From Escherichia phage vB_EcoM_DE7, in the sequence record OL825705.1: a stretch of DNA of 64,000 bases, one strand, 5' to 3'. Position numbers and translations under genes: made by a program. The notes beneath the pieces were generated by a model. It ran no database searches. It worked only from the letters and a program-made list of their open reading frames with translations, and was not told where the DNA came from. This document shows positions 27,407-45,985 of this stretch, in pieces; the stretch's first letter is position 1, and every line of letters begins with the position of its first letter.

Positions 27407-27440
27407 AGGGGGAGACTTTAAAAGGTCTTCCCCTTTTTTG
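27407..27440 (+). terminator. rho-independent terminator after tail tube gene
   Basis: AAGGGGGAGAC-loop-GTCTTCCCCTT hairpin followed by TTTTTT. Confidence 0.8.
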
Positions 27441-27468
27441 TTTCTTTTAAAAGTATTAAGGAATCACA

Positions 27469-27867
27469 ATGAAAACAGAATCTAGAGTAATTAATGGCAA
27501 GAAAGTAAATATCATTCTGCTTGGGGCAAGAGATGGTATTAAGATGTCTATGAAGTTGGGTAAAATTGTTGTTCCAACTTTTGCACAGATGCTATCAAGT
27601 CTGACTGATAAAGATAAGAAAGAAGCTCCAATGGTTCCATTTAAAGAACTTGTTGAAGCTTGTTTTGACAGAATTGAAGAAATTAACCTTGAAGAAATGG
27701 CTACCCTATTATTTCAAGGGGCAACTGTTGATGACTTCCCACTTAATATTGATACATACTTCCAAGCAAACTATGGTGAATTTATTGATTACTTAGCATT
27801 TGCGCTGGAGGCAAATTTCGGAAGTTTTTTCGAAGCAAGCATTTTCAAAAGCCTAACTTCTCAGTAA
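27469..27867 (+). CDS. tail assembly chaperone (G-like)
   Basis: Acidic 132 aa ORF before tape measure; contains slippery T-TTT-TTC near 3' end. Confidence 0.6.
   Translation: MKTESRVINGKKVNIILLGARDGIKMSMKLGKIVVPTFAQMLSSLTDKDKKEAPMVPFKELVEACFDRIEEINLEEMATLLFQGATVDDFPLNIDTYFQANYGEFIDYLAFALEANFGSFFEASIFKSLTSQ
27825..27831 (+). promoter_or_regulatory. candidate -1 programmed frameshift slippery heptamer (T TTT TTC)
   Basis: X-XXY-YYZ heptamer 34 nt before the chaperone stop; the -1 frame is open into the next ORF. Confidence 0.5.
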
Positions 27868-27869
27868 AC

Positions 27870-28108
27870 ATGGGTAACACTCTACAGACACCACTAACTG
27901 ATGCTGCTGTAGAGGCAACCTATGAAGAAGCAGACGAGATGAAATTTGTGCTTGCTATTTATGGTATGGAAGGGTGTAAAGAAACACTTGACCAACTCTT
28001 TGCTATGACATTCTCTGATTTATTATCATTGAGACAATTCCTTGAAATTCAGAGGTCGTATAAAGAGGAAATTGCTTACAACGAACTTAGAAGAGCAGGA
28101 AAAATGTA

Positions 28109-28109
<1 letters not shown>
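27870..28109 (+). CDS. tail assembly chaperone frameshift extension (GT-like)
   Basis: In -1 frame relative to 27469-27867, no stop between slippery site and this ORF. Confidence 0.5.
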
Positions 28110-36143
<8,034 letters not shown>

Positions 36144-36145
36144 TA

Positions 36146-37333
36146 ATGGCAGTAGGTGAAATTCAAATTAGTGCCTTGCCTCAAGCAGCCTTACCAATTG
36201 ACCTTAGTGATATCTTCCATCTTAAGCAGGGTATTGAGGATAAGAGGTGTACTCTTGAGCAATTACTTGCTCCACACTCAAGCCTAAAAAATAACCCTCA
36301 TGGTGTTACTAAAACACAAATTGGTTTAGATAATGTTATTAATGCTCTTCAGTTAGTCGCTGCAAATAACTTATCAGATATTGTTAATGTAGCTGAGGCA
36401 AGAGCAAATCTACAGATTATGTCTTCAGAAGAGGTTAATAACCTTGTTCAGCAACATATCAAGGACAAGAGTAACCCACACAATACAACTAAGGCACAGG
36501 TTGGTTTAAGTAATGTTCAGAACTGGACAACATCTAACCTGTATAATGAAGATGCAGATAAGTATGCTACAGCAAGAGCAGTAAATAATTTGTACAAGGC
36601 TGTTCAGGCTTCTTATCCAGTAGGTACTATCCATCTTTCTATGAACTCTGCAAACCCTTCTACATACTTAATTTGTGGAGGTACTTGGGAGTTGGTTTCA
36701 AAAGGTAGGGCATTGGTTGGCTATGACTCTGATACAAGGCCAGCAGGTTCTGTATTTGGTGCTTCGACTGTCACTTTGTCAGTTAATAACATGCCTCAAC
36801 ACTCCCACTCTGTATCTCTTGGTGGTGGTGGTCACACTCATAATGCAACTGTTTCAATCTCAGCTTTTGATTATGGAACTAAGACTACCAACTCTTTTGA
36901 CTATGGAACAAAGACCACTAACACAACTGGTAACCACAATCACGTTGGTAGTGGGTCAACAAGTGCTGCTGGTGCTCACAACCACAGATTGACTTATGAA
37001 GCAGGTGGTGGTCTGTCGGAAAGACCTGCAATGGTTTGGTCTACAAGGAATGACCAATCGTGGTACTCATCAGATGCTGTCTGCGAAGTCGCTGGCTCGC
37101 ACACCCACTCTTTTAGCGTTACCACTAATACAACTGGTAACCATAATCATACGGTGGGTATTGGTGCTCATAGTCATACAGTTGGTATTGGTTCACATAC
37201 GCACAACGGTACTGTGACAGTTTCTTCTTCTGAGCATACACATAGCGGAAACACTAATAGTGTTGGTGGTGGGCAAGCTTTCAACATTGAGCAGCCATCC
37301 TTCGTACTGTATGTATGGCAGAGAACAGCTTAA
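36146..37333 (+). CDS. tail fiber protein with C-terminal His-rich HxH repeat domain
   Basis: Repeated HxH motifs (GNHNHVGSG...[40 protein letters not shown]). Confidence 0.7.
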   Translation: MAVGEIQISALPQAALPIDLSDIFHLKQGIEDKRCTLEQLLAPHSSLKNNPHGVTKTQIGLDNVINALQLVAANNLSDIVNVAEARANLQIMSSEEVNNLVQQHIKDKSNPHNTTKAQVGLSNVQNWTTSNLYNEDADKYATARAVNNLYKAVQASYPVGTIHLSMNSANPSTYLICGGTWELVSKGRALVGYDSDTRPAGSVFGASTVTLSVNNMPQHSHSVSLGGGGHTHNATVSISAFDYGTKTTNSFDYGTKTTNTTGNHNHVGSGSTSAAGAHNHRLTYEAGGGLSERPAMVWSTRNDQSWYSSDAVCEVAGSHTHSFSVTTNTTGNHNHTVGIGAHSHTVGIGSHTHNGTVTVSSSEHTHSGNTNSVGGGQAFNIEQPSFVLYVWQRTA

Positions 37334-37379
37334 TTTCTTTACAGGGGCTTTATAGCCCCTTTTAAGAGGAAAATTTATA

Positions 37380-39755
37380 ATGGCAGATTACAAGTTGAGT
37401 GAATTAAACTCAATCGACACAATCCGTTCAGACGACCTTCTTCATGTCAGAGTTAAAAAGAGACCTGAAATGCTGGGTGATGAAGACCGTCGAATGACCT
37501 ATCAAGACTTCTTAGCGTCTTTTAAACTTGAAAGATTTGTTCAGATTGCTGGTAGTAATATGACAGGTGACTTAGGGATTGTTAAGCTACTTTATGGCGG
37601 TAAGGCAGTATTTGACCCAACAGACTCTTCTGAGATTAGTATTGGGGATGTTTTAAAGACTTTTAAAATTAACGCAAATGGTCTTAAACTAACTATTGCA
37701 GATGCTTCAAGGTCGGCAACTGTTTACCATACTCTGAATAAACCAAGTCCTAATGAGCTTGGGATGAGAACTAATGAACAGAATGATGCAAGGTATGCAA
37801 GGCTAAGCGTTGGTAATACATTTAAAGCTAAACAGATTATCACAGTAGATGGTGAAGCATTAGCACTTAAAAATACTTCTGATATGCCATCTTTATATAT
37901 TAGAGGTAAAGATTCAGGAGATAGATTAAAGTGGTACGTTGGATTTAACACAGAAAATAAACTTGGTTTATCTAATAGTGTTACTGGTACAACACTACTA
38001 TTAGATGATACCGGTATTAACTCAAATAAAAATCTAAATATCACTGGTCAGGTTAAACCCTCTGATTGGTCTAACTTAGATGCTAGATATTTTACTCAGA
38101 CAGTAGCTAATCAGAGATTTGCACAGTTAGCTGGGAATAACACTTTTAGTGGCACTAATACGTTTAAAAAAGATGTTATCTTTAACTCAGATGTTCCGGT
38201 TGTTCTTAAGAACTTAACAGCTAATAAACCATTGTATATTCAGGGTAAGGATTACCAGAATACTAGTTTGTGGTTTGTTGGTAAGGGTGGAACTGGTACT
38301 GAGATTAAATTTTATAACTATGCGACTGATACAGTTTTAGAGTTGTCTGAGACGGCTAGATTTAATAAAACTTTGAAGGTTACTGGACAGGTTCAACCGT
38401 CTGATTGGGCTAACATTGACTCTAGATACATTCCAGCAGCAACTTTAAGTACTCTTGCAAAAATTAATGCTAAGAATACTTTTTCTCAAGGTCAGATTAT
38501 TAAGGTTGACGGAGAGGGTATTAGACTTCAGGGGGTAAATGATACTGGTGGTTTGTTCTTGCGAGGTTATACTTCTGATGGTACTAAGAAGTGGTTTATG
38601 GGTACTAATGCTTCAGGTAACTTCACTATCAGGGAGATGGTGCTAGGCACTGAACTGTCTCTTAGGGAGAACTATATCCAGTTTAATAAGAATGTAACAA
38701 TTAATGGGCAGGTTCAACCATCCGACTGGGCTAACCTAGATGCTAGATACTATACAGGTTCAGCAGCAAATGCCAGATATATGTATGCGGAAAGAACTGG
38801 TGAAGGTGCTGATGAGGGTGCTATTGCTTGGAATGCTAAGACAGGAGTATATAATGTCAAGACGGGAGCCGCATCATCAAATCTTGTACTTCAGTTCTAT
38901 CAGGGGTCGGGGTCTATCCCATCTACGCCATCTGCGCAGCTAAGATTTAAATGGGCGAATGGTGGTATGTGGTATAGGACATCAAGAGATGGTAATGGCT
39001 TTGAGAAAGGTTGGTCTATGGTGTACACAACTGCACAGAAGCCAACCCCTTCAGATATTGGTGCATATACTAAAGCAGAAACTGACCAGAAAATTGCAAC
39101 AGCAATTAGTGACTCTACAGACCTGAATAAAATCTATCCAGTAGGTATTGTAACGTGGTTTAACAGTAATGTTAACCCTAATACAGCACTCCCTGGTCTA
39201 ACTTGGACGTACCTGAATAATGGTGTTGGCAGAACTATTAGAATTGCAGCAGCAAATGGTTCAGATGTTGCTACAACTGGTGGTTCAGATTCTGTAACGT
39301 TATCTGTTGGTAACTTACCTTCACACACACACAGTTTCTCTGCTACCACTTCATCATTTGATTATGGTACGAAGGGCACTAATAGTACTGGTGGACATAC
39401 TCACTCTGTAAGTGGTACAACAAGTGCTGCTGGTAACCATGCTCACCACTTAGGTCTACTATTGGTTAATGGCGGTGATGCTCAGTACGGATATACCACT
39501 ATTGGTAACAGCAAGACAAGAACTCTTGACTGGCTTGATAGAAGAGATAACAAGTTCCCTAACACTAACACAACTGGTAACCATACACACACATGGTCTG
39601 GTACTACAAGCGGTGCTGGTAACCATTCCCACTCTGTAGGCATTGGTGCTCACAGCCACACAGTTAGTGGTAACACTGGTAGTACAGGTTCTGGTTCAGC
39701 ATTTAGTGTTACTAACCAGTTCTATAAGTTAATGGCTTGGGTAAGAACTGCTTAA
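37380..39755 (+). CDS. tail fiber protein (791 aa) with three internal repeats and C-terminal His-rich HxH domain
   Basis: Repeats containing GQV(K/Q)PSDW(S/A)N(L/I)D(A/S)RY; C-terminal HxH motifs paralleling 36146-37333. Confidence 0.7.
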   Translation: MADYKLSELNSIDTIRSDDLLHVRVKKRPEMLGDEDRRMTYQDFLASFKLERFVQIAGSNMTGDLGIVKLLYGGKAVFDPTDSSEISIGDVLKTFKINANGLKLTIADASRSATVYHTLNKPSPNELGMRTNEQNDARYARLSVGNTFKAKQIITVDGEALALKNTSDMPSLYIRGKDSGDRLKWYVGFNTENKLGLSNSVTGTTLLLDDTGINSNKNLNITGQVKPSDWSNLDARYFTQTVANQRFAQLAGNNTFSGTNTFKKDVIFNSDVPVVLKNLTANKPLYIQGKDYQNTSLWFVGKGGTGTEIKFYNYATDTVLELSETARFNKTLKVTGQVQPSDWANIDSRYIPAATLSTLAKINAKNTFSQGQIIKVDGEGIRLQGVNDTGGLFLRGYTSDGTKKWFMGTNASGNFTIREMVLGTELSLRENYIQFNKNVTINGQVQPSDWANLDARYYTGSAANARYMYAERTGEGADEGAIAWNAKTGVYNVKTGAASSNLVLQFYQGSGSIPSTPSAQLRFKWANGGMWYRTSRDGNGFEKGWSMVYTTAQKPTPSDIGAYTKAETDQKIATAISDSTDLNKIYPVGIVTWFNSNVNPNTALPGLTWTYLNNGVGRTIRIAAANGSDVATTGGSDSVTLSVGNLPSHTHSFSATTSSFDYGTKGTNSTGGHTHSVSGTTSAAGNHAHHLGLLLVNGGDAQYGYTTIGNSKTRTLDWLDRRDNKFPNTNTTGNHTHTWSGTTSGAGNHSHSVGIGAHSHTVSGNTGSTGSGSAFSVTNQFYKLMAWVRTA

Positions 39756-39834
39756 TCCCTTGTTGACTGATTGTTAAGATGGTGTTAATATTCTTTATGG
39801 GTATTCTCACCATCTTGGCTGATGAGGTGATTAA

Positions 39835-40032
39835 ATGCCTACAATCCTAGCAATTCTTCTAAAAAATCTAGGTAGCTTCTTCTGGAAACTCATTTTATCC
39901 CTTCTAAGTGAATACATGATTGAGAAAGTGTTCTTTAGGCTTGCAAGATACCTTGCGAGTAAAACAGACACACCTATTGATGATGAGTTCGTAGATAACT
40001 TAGAAAAAGCTTTTAAGGGGGAGAATAAATGA
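39835..40032 (+). CDS. small membrane protein (65 aa)
   Basis: N-terminal TM helix; overlaps next ORF start. Confidence 0.4.
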   Translation: MPTILAILLKNLGSFFWKLILSLLSEYMIEKVFFRLARYLASKTDTPIDDEFVDNLEKAFKGENK

Positions 40033-40400
40033 AGTGGCTAGAGGAGGCTTTTAAAAATAATATTGGTGCAATTGTAGTTGGTATTCTTAGTGTTATTGGG
40101 ATGTATACCACCATGCAAGTTTCGGAAGGTAAACAAGAAGTGTCTATCACAACAAAATTACAGCAGTTAGATAATTATTCCAAAAGTAATTATTCAGCTA
40201 TTCGTGATTTACAGTCTGATATGAGGCTGCTTCAGCTAGGGATGGAGAACCAGAAAGTCCAGTTAGAGAATGTTAAGGGTGAGAACGCAAAACTTACTAA
40301 AACCCTTGATAAATTCTCTGACAGTGTGAACAATCTGGCTCAATCAGTATCAGCCCTCCAAGCTATTACTGAAAAGAACACAAAGAATACTGAAAAGTAA
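40029..40400 (+). CDS. membrane-anchored coiled-coil protein (123 aa)
   Basis: TM helix IGAIVVGILSVIGMYTT followed by helical heptad-like region. Confidence 0.4.
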   Translation: MKWLEEAFKNNIGAIVVGILSVIGMYTTMQVSEGKQEVSITTKLQQLDNYSKSNYSAIRDLQSDMRLLQLGMENQKVQLENVKGENAKLTKTLDKFSDSVNNLAQSVSALQAITEKNTKNTEK

Positions 40401-40405
40401 AATTT

Positions 40406-40438
40406 AAGGCTCCTTTTTACGGGAGCCTTTTTTGTTTT
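40406..40438. terminator. bidirectional rho-independent terminator between convergent gene blocks
   Basis: AAGGCTCC-TTTTTAC-GGGAGCCTT hairpin flanked by A-run and T-run. Confidence 0.75.
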
Positions 40439-41336
40439 ACTTACCTACTGACAAAGGTGCTTCAATCTTTCCTGCATGTTGGTAATTGTTAATACCACCA
40501 ATAAAGTCACTTGCAGTGAGATGTTTTAAGTCACTTAAAGTGTTAAGTGGGATACCAATCTCAAAAGTTGGTGCATGGAACTCTTCATTGTTCATCAGTT
40601 CATAAACCTGCTTCATATGATTCTGATAAATCTGAGTATCCCCAAAGACACCTATCAAGTACCGTGGAGTGTATCCAGTCATCTTACAAAGAACTTCCAG
40701 AATAAAACCATAAGATGCAATATTAAACGGAAGTCCTAAAAAGGTGTCTACTGAACGCTGATACCATTGTAAGTCAACTTCACCCTCGTTAGTAATATAA
40801 ATCTGAAACAGAACATGACAAGGTGCTAGAGCCATTGAGTTTGCTGCAATATCTGCTGCATTCCAAGCATTAACAAGCATGTAACGGTCTGTGATATCAC
40901 CTTTCATCTTCGTTACTAAGGCCTCTAGTTGGTCTACAACACAACCGTTATGACCTTCAAAGTTTCTCCACTGAACCCCATAAATTCTTCCACCTGCATC
41001 TTCTAACCAATCTTGTTCAGAAGAGTAATTAGAGCTTAACCAGCGTTTAAAATCATCTGACCAGATTGTCCAACGTTCTCCGTCATTTTCATCCCAAGTA
41101 CGGTAACGGAGTTCACCAAGCTTATTCTCACCGTTCAGGAACCATAAAGCTTCCCCAATAACTTGCCGTGTAAACACCTGTTTAGATGTTAAGAGAGGGA
41201 AACCAGTTCGCATATCAAAACGAAACTGAGGTGGAGCAAATGCAGAGATAACATCTCCAGTTCGTGTAGTACGCAGTTCACCGACGGATAAAACATGGTT
41301 CAGGATATTTTTGTAACTTGAATCTGCTTGTGACAT
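40437..41336 (-). CDS. thyA: thymidylate synthase
   Basis: Catalytic ALAPCH Cys motif, QRSVDTFLGLPFNIASY, YQHAGKIEAPLSV; intact. Confidence 0.9.
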   Translation of the reverse strand: MSQADSSYKNILNHVLSVGELRTTRTGDVISAFAPPQFRFDMRTGFPLLTSKQVFTRQVIGEALWFLNGENKLGELRYRTWDENDGERWTIWSDDFKRWLSSNYSSEQDWLEDAGGRIYGVQWRNFEGHNGCVVDQLEALVTKMKGDITDRYMLVNAWNAADIAANSMALAPCHVLFQIYITNEGEVDLQWYQRSVDTFLGLPFNIASYGFILEVLCKMTGYTPRYLIGVFGDTQIYQNHMKQVYELMNNEEFHAPTFEIGIPLNTLSDLKHLTASDFIGGINNYQHAGKIEAPLSVGK

Positions 41337-41337
41337 A

Positions 41338-41883
41338 TTAAAAGTGTCCTTTTACTTGTGGAACATAAATTTCAAAAGTTGCTTTACCATCCTCTGATGG
41401 TTTTGACTGTACCTTTGTAAATACATGGTTATCATACAGCTTCTCAAAGAAGTTTTCAAAAGGTAAATACACAGTGGCCTCTTCAGTAACTTTATGGAAA
41501 ACTGTATGGAACACTACACCAGCATACGGTAAAGCATTGACAAGGACACCTGCACCACCAATTACAAAGACATCTTCATCAATAGAGCTATCAAGATACT
41601 TCAAAAATGCTCCAAATGACTCTTTACTGGCTTTAGCATACATTACATCATCTTTGCCAAAGTCTATGCCTAAGTATGGTACAGAATTTGTTAAGATGAG
41701 GTTTGCACGTTCTGGTAAAGGTTTACTACCCAGAGTCTTAAAAGTCTCATTCCCCATCACTACTAAGTTATTTTTAGTGAGTCTCTTAAACTCTTGCATG
41801 TCCTGTTTATGTCGAGGCCACGGCATACCAGTTGGAGTACCAAACTCACCATTTTCACCACTTGCAAAGATTAATTTAATCAT
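41338..41883 (-). CDS. folA: dihydrofolate reductase
   Basis: IFASGENGEFG...MPWP and VIGGAGV motifs; directly upstream of thyA. Confidence 0.8.
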   Translation of the reverse strand: MIKLIFASGENGEFGTPTGMPWPRHKQDMQEFKRLTKNNLVVMGNETFKTLGSKPLPERANLILTNSVPYLGIDFGKDDVMYAKASKESFGAFLKYLDSSIDEDVFVIGGAGVLVNALPYAGVVFHTVFHKVTEEATVYLPFENFFEKLYDNHVFTKVQSKPSEDGKATFEIYVPQVKGHF

Positions 41884-42140
41884 TTTGTAAACCCTTTCTT
41901 AATGAACCAGTTGATAACAGTCTTCACAGCTTTATTGCTATGGTAGATTAAGTGTGGTGTAGGTTGGTATGAACCATAAGCCCAGAAAGCAATGATTTCA
42001 CTACACCCTGTACACCTTGTGCTCTCTTCAGCAATATGACCGTTGACTATTTCACTCACCTCACCTTGCAAGTCTGTACACCCACAATGTGGACAACGTA
42101 TAGGTGCTCCATCAGACTCATAGCAGTGTTCAATTTTCAT
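41880..42140 (-). CDS. small zinc-ribbon protein (86 aa)
   Basis: CPHCGC...CTGC paired Cys motifs. Confidence 0.45.
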   Translation of the reverse strand: MKIEHCYESDGAPIRCPHCGCTDLQGEVSEIVNGHIAEESTRCTGCSEIIAFWAYGSYQPTPHLIYHSNKAVKTVINWFIKKGFTK

Positions 42141-42662
42141 CTATTTAACCTCAAAAACTGGCTCAAGAACCAATATAAAGTCTACACAGTCATCTTCTTC
42201 ATCCAGAATACCATCAAAGTTCTTAGGAACGAAGTCGAAGAGGCTCATAACAAAACAGTCAGAAGTAACCCTTATAGTGCCTCCCATATTCTCTACAGTC
42301 AACACTGTACGGCTTTCTTTTACCTCTCGCAGAAGATTGCTCACAAAGTCATCTAAGAAGTACTTCATCAGTGACTTAAAGCCTTTAGGGTAATCTGTAC
42401 CAGAGTATGTTTCAATCTGAGGTACAAGCTTAACATTTATACTAGTCTTTGTTAAGAATGTGCTAGAGAACATGCTATCAGGTAGCTTACAAACAGTCTT
42501 TCCAGTACCTTCATGTTCAATCTCAACAAAACCAGCTTCATCACCACACGTGACTATTTTAAAAGATGCTTCATTCTCATACTGTGAAGCCATAAACTTT
42601 TTAAGCATCACTTTAAGGAAGTCTGCATGAGCATCTTGTAAGTAGATATCAATCATAGTCAA
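42141..42662 (-). CDS. hypothetical protein (173 aa)
   Basis: Intact ORF. Confidence 0.45.
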   Translation of the reverse strand: MTMIDIYLQDAHADFLKVMLKKFMASQYENEASFKIVTCGDEAGFVEIEHEGTGKTVCKLPDSMFSSTFLTKTSINVKLVPQIETYSGTDYPKGFKSLMKYFLDDFVSNLLREVKESRTVLTVENMGGTIRVTSDCFVMSLFDFVPKNFDGILDEEDDCVDFILVLEPVFEVK

Positions 42663-42669
42663 TCACCTA

Positions 42670-43029
42670 TTATGGGAACAGACACTTGATGTCATCATTT
42701 TTGAAAACAAAACTTGTGTAATTGTGACCGTCAACATCCAGCCAAACAGCCTGAACATCTACACCATCAAGATTGTGGTAAAGCTCTTTGATGAAGTGGT
42801 CTTTTACAATCTGACTACTAGTGGTTTCCAGCTTAATGTTTGAGATTGCTGAACCTACAGCCATATAGCCCATGACACGTTTCTTTTCAGTATGCTTAAT
42901 CTTACCATCTTTGTAAGCCATAATGAGATTGGAAAGAATCTTCACACCATAATACTTTTCAAGGTGAGTAGGTACACCATAAAAGCCTAATGCAAAGTTT
43001 TCAGAGTGGATAATGTTTTCACGTTTCAT
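42670..43029 (-). CDS. hypothetical protein (119 aa)
   Basis: Intact ORF. Confidence 0.45.
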   Translation of the reverse strand: MKRENIIHSENFALGFYGVPTHLEKYYGVKILSNLIMAYKDGKIKHTEKKRVMGYMAVGSAISNIKLETTSSQIVKDHFIKELYHNLDGVDVQAVWLDVDGHNYTSFVFKNDDIKCLFP

Positions 43030-43030
43030 A

Positions 43031-43360
43031 TTAATCTGCCAGCCTTAAATTAAAATTAACACCAAATTTTTCGCATACTTCCAACATATACTCAAGGGAG
43101 ACATTACCAGTGAGGTGGATTATGTTGGATACACGAGCCTGAGAGATACCACAAATTTTAGCAACTTGCTCTTGAGAAAGACCTCTGGATTTAATCTCTC
43201 TCTTAAAACGATGTGCAACGAAATCTCTCATTTCGTCTACATCCATTGGACAAATATAACTTTCCATTTCAGCCTCTCTGTCAGCCTCCCAATCATCTTG
43301 TGGAGCATAAGGGTCAAAAACCTCATTCATCTTTCTTCTTCCGTTTTCGTGAAGTGTCAA
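43031..43360 (-). CDS. helix-turn-helix DNA-binding protein (XRE-like); alternative start at 43330
   Basis: LSQEQVAKICGISQARVSNIIH helix-turn-helix signature. Confidence 0.55.
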   Translation of the reverse strand: MTLHENGRRKMNEVFDPYAPQDDWEADREAEMESYICPMDVDEMRDFVAHRFKREIKSRGLSQEQVAKICGISQARVSNIIHLTGNVSLEYMLEVCEKFGVNFNLRLAD

Positions 43361-43535
43361 TCAATGAATCTATGTTTGTAGCCCTAACCTTTTCACGTTC
43401 ATCGTTAAGATAATCATCAAGAGCCTTTTCAATCTGTGAATCATCTTGACAGATAACTGTAAAGACTGTAAAGCCATCTGTATCATCAATTATCTTACCA
43501 TAACCGCTTCTGGGATGTAACTTTTTAAGAGCCAT
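43323..43535 (-). CDS. hypothetical protein (70 aa)
   Basis: ORF ending in basic tail RKRKKKDE. Confidence 0.4.
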   Translation of the reverse strand: MALKKLHPRSGYGKIIDDTDGFTVFTVICQDDSQIEKALDDYLNDEREKVRATNIDSLIDTSRKRKKKDE

Positions 43536-43536
43536 A

Positions 43537-43920
43537 TCAAATACCTGTGCAGCTTCTGTTTTCTAAGAAATACTCAACACCATACATAGCTTTTTGCATC
43601 AAATCTTCTTTAAACTGGATACGATGATTAAGCATAGCCTGTACATCAATATCATCATGGTGTTTCTCTTTAATATTTGCAGATTGCAGGAAATACTCTG
43701 CAAGAACACGATACTGATAGTCAGTTACCTTATCAGTCATCTCTGTTAAAGACTCTTCAGAGATTGGTTTAAGCAACTCACCATTAGATAGCGCAACACC
43801 TTTTACAATCTGGCAAGTATCTTCTGGAACACCTGATAAGTCCACATTTGGGAGTTCTGTTGCATTGACTGGTAAATTCATTGCCATAACCATTGCAGCA
43901 GCTAATAAAATCTTTTTCAT
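43537..43920 (-). CDS. putative secreted/periplasmic protein (127 aa)
   Basis: N-terminal signal peptide MKKILLAAAMVMAMNLPVNA. Confidence 0.5.
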   Translation of the reverse strand: MKKILLAAAMVMAMNLPVNATELPNVDLSGVPEDTCQIVKGVALSNGELLKPISEESLTEMTDKVTDYQYRVLAEYFLQSANIKEKHHDDIDVQAMLNHRIQFKEDLMQKAMYGVEYFLENRSCTGI

Positions 43921-44047
43921 AATGACCTCAAAGTTATATTAAATTTTATATTACATTGAGTATAAAAAATAAGCTATAACACCTGACTTGTCAACAGATT
44001 TTATAGCTTACTTGGCAGATTTTTTATAAGGCTACTGCCATCCTTCC

Positions 44048-44110
44048 ATACCAAACCACACCAAACCCTGCCAAACCAGAGCCTACTAGACCATACCGAA
44101 CCAAACATCA
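44048..44110. repeat. Short degenerate tandem repeat ACCAAACC / CCAAACC in intergenic region
   Basis: ccataccaaaccacaccaaaccctgccaaacc...ccataccgaaccaaac. Confidence 0.5.
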
Positions 44111-44209
44111 CTTAAGAACCTTTTAAAAGTGTTTTTAAGTGATGCTGGTGAGTACCCGTTGGTTTATGCTGCTCAGTATACTCACCAAATTTTCTATGTC
44201 AACAACTTT

Positions 44210-45310
44210 TTATTCGTAGTCTCGAATAACTAACCCAACAGGGAACTGTAAAGAACCTTTACGAGTCATCTTCTGGAACTGAACCGTTAAAGGCTTCCCG
44301 ATAAACTCTTCAGGATGCTCAGCAAGATACTGTTTCTTCTCATGAGTAGTCTTCCATGAGACATCTACAAAGACGTTAGGGAGAGTCTCTACAACGAACT
44401 TGCCATGACCACGTTTATCGGTCTTGACACCAGTCACTTTAAACTCTTCAGTGTGCATCTTCTTGTGCTTAATCAAGAAGTATGAACGGTGACAACACTC
44501 ATAGAAGGAGTCTTCAGAGATTGAACGGTACATTGCACCTTCAAACTTAGCTTCAACCCACTTATCATGGGCTTCATCAAACTCTTCCCAAGAGTTAACA
44601 CGACGAGACTTAACAGGGACAACTTTACAGCCATCTCTGAAATCATTCAATGGTGAAGTCTCAATAATATCTCTACGCTCAGGCCACGTCATAGTGCTGT
44701 CACAGATATCGTACCAGTAGAACTGGAGTAGATGTCGGTCTGGATTGTCAGCATTCTTAATCATAGACACAATATCTTCTAAGTCCCAACCATGAGCATA
44801 AATCTCACCATCAAAGTCTTCGACTTGTGGATGCAATTTAAGCAACAAAAGCAAATCTGGGATTAGTTCTGCTGGGACGTTGTAAACAGTATTCTCACGA
44901 GAATAAGCCGTGAAACTAACTGAATCAGCGTCTCTTGAAATTCTACAACGAACACCATCAAGTTTTGGTTGAGCATCAGCAGGGAACCTCAAATACTTTG
45001 CGTGACTAACCTTTGCAGCATCATGAGCAAGCTGTACACCTACCTTCTCAGTGTTCTGTGCAGACTCTTTTGTGTAAGCATAGCCTTTACGGTCAACCTG
45101 CTTTTTATACTTAGCAGAAACTTCAAAGAGAGCTTGCTGTTCAGCGTTACGCTCATTCTTTTTACCGATGTTTTTAGGTTCTGCTGTATACTCTTCAAAC
45201 ATCATCTTGCCATTTTCTTTACCATAGGTTGTGATAACTTTGTCACCTACAGCAACGCATGACCAGACGTTAAAAGAGCCGTCTTTATTTTGTTTGTATA
45301 GAATTGTCAT
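44210..45310 (-). CDS. ATP-dependent DNA ligase
   Basis: Adenylation motif PKLDGVRC (KxDG); start set to ATG at 45310 with RBS. Confidence 0.7.
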   Translation of the reverse strand: MTILYKQNKDGSFNVWSCVAVGDKVITTYGKENGKMMFEEYTAEPKNIGKKNERNAEQQALFEVSAKYKKQVDRKGYAYTKESAQNTEKVGVQLAHDAAKVSHAKYLRFPADAQPKLDGVRCRISRDADSVSFTAYSRENTVYNVPAELIPDLLLLLKLHPQVEDFDGEIYAHGWDLEDIVSMIKNADNPDRHLLQFYWYDICDSTMTWPERRDIIETSPLNDFRDGCKVVPVKSRRVNSWEEFDEAHDKWVEAKFEGAMYRSISEDSFYECCHRSYFLIKHKKMHTEEFKVTGVKTDKRGHGKFVVETLPNVFVDVSWKTTHEKKQYLAEHPEEFIGKPLTVQFQKMTRKGSLQFPVGLVIRDYE

Positions 45311-45503
45311 TTTTAACCTCTGAGTGATACCAAGTGTTGCAAGCATTACATGCGTAAAGCTCTAAGTCATTTTTATCTGGTTTATGGAAACAGTTTGACC
45401 CGCAACGACACCTGAATAGCTTACCATCAACACGAAGAATGAATGTTTCAAGCTCACCATCTTCTGTAAGAACTGCGTTCTTAAATTTATCTTCTACAGT
45501 CAT
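45285..45503 (-). CDS. small zinc-ribbon protein (72 aa)
   Basis: CRCGSNC...CNAC Cys pairs. Confidence 0.4.
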   Translation of the reverse strand: MTVEDKFKNAVLTEDGELETFILRVDGKLFRCRCGSNCFHKPDKNDLELYACNACNTWYHSEVKNDNSIQTK

Positions 45504-45706
45504 TTTCTCTTACCACCAATCTCTACGTCGATAACCTGAACATCACTAGCAACATCAAACTTGTGAATGATGCTTTCCACAGTGTAAGTCCAACCCTCGA
45601 TTCTAACCAACTCACCTTCTCGTGGGACGATTGGGTTACGTTGAGCTACGGTTGTAGTGGAGTGAATAACATCATAACAGTAGATATAGTTTACTAGGAC
45701 TTCCAT
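45500..45706 (-). CDS. hypothetical protein (68 aa)
   Basis: Intact ORF with overlapping stop/start. Confidence 0.4.
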   Translation of the reverse strand: MEVLVNYIYCYDVIHSTTTVAQRNPIVPREGELVRIEGWTYTVESIIHKFDVASDVQVIDVEIGGKRK

Positions 45707-45985
45707 ACCTTTTCCTTAAAATGATAAGTCAACACTGATACGTTCACCCTTAAGGACTCCTGTGCGGTCTCTTGCAATCTTACCGTCAACAATAAGGATA
45801 TGCGCAGACTTTAAAGATTCACTATTAAAACCTTTTACGAACTTACTAGGCATCACCACAATAAGCATCTCTTGAATCAACTATGGAGTATAGCAATTGT
45901 CGTGAAGTTGCTGAATAACGTCTGCAAGTGTCATATAACCTCCTATATAAGATATTGTATAAGGTACTCTTCCATGAGCACCTTG

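Noticed and set aside
36675-37217. Two plus-strand ORFs (105 and 73 aa) inside the tail fiber gene
   Set aside because: They are alternative-frame ORFs within 36146-37333; the hydrophobic low-complexity translations are consistent with out-of-frame reading of the His/Gly/Thr-rich repeats.
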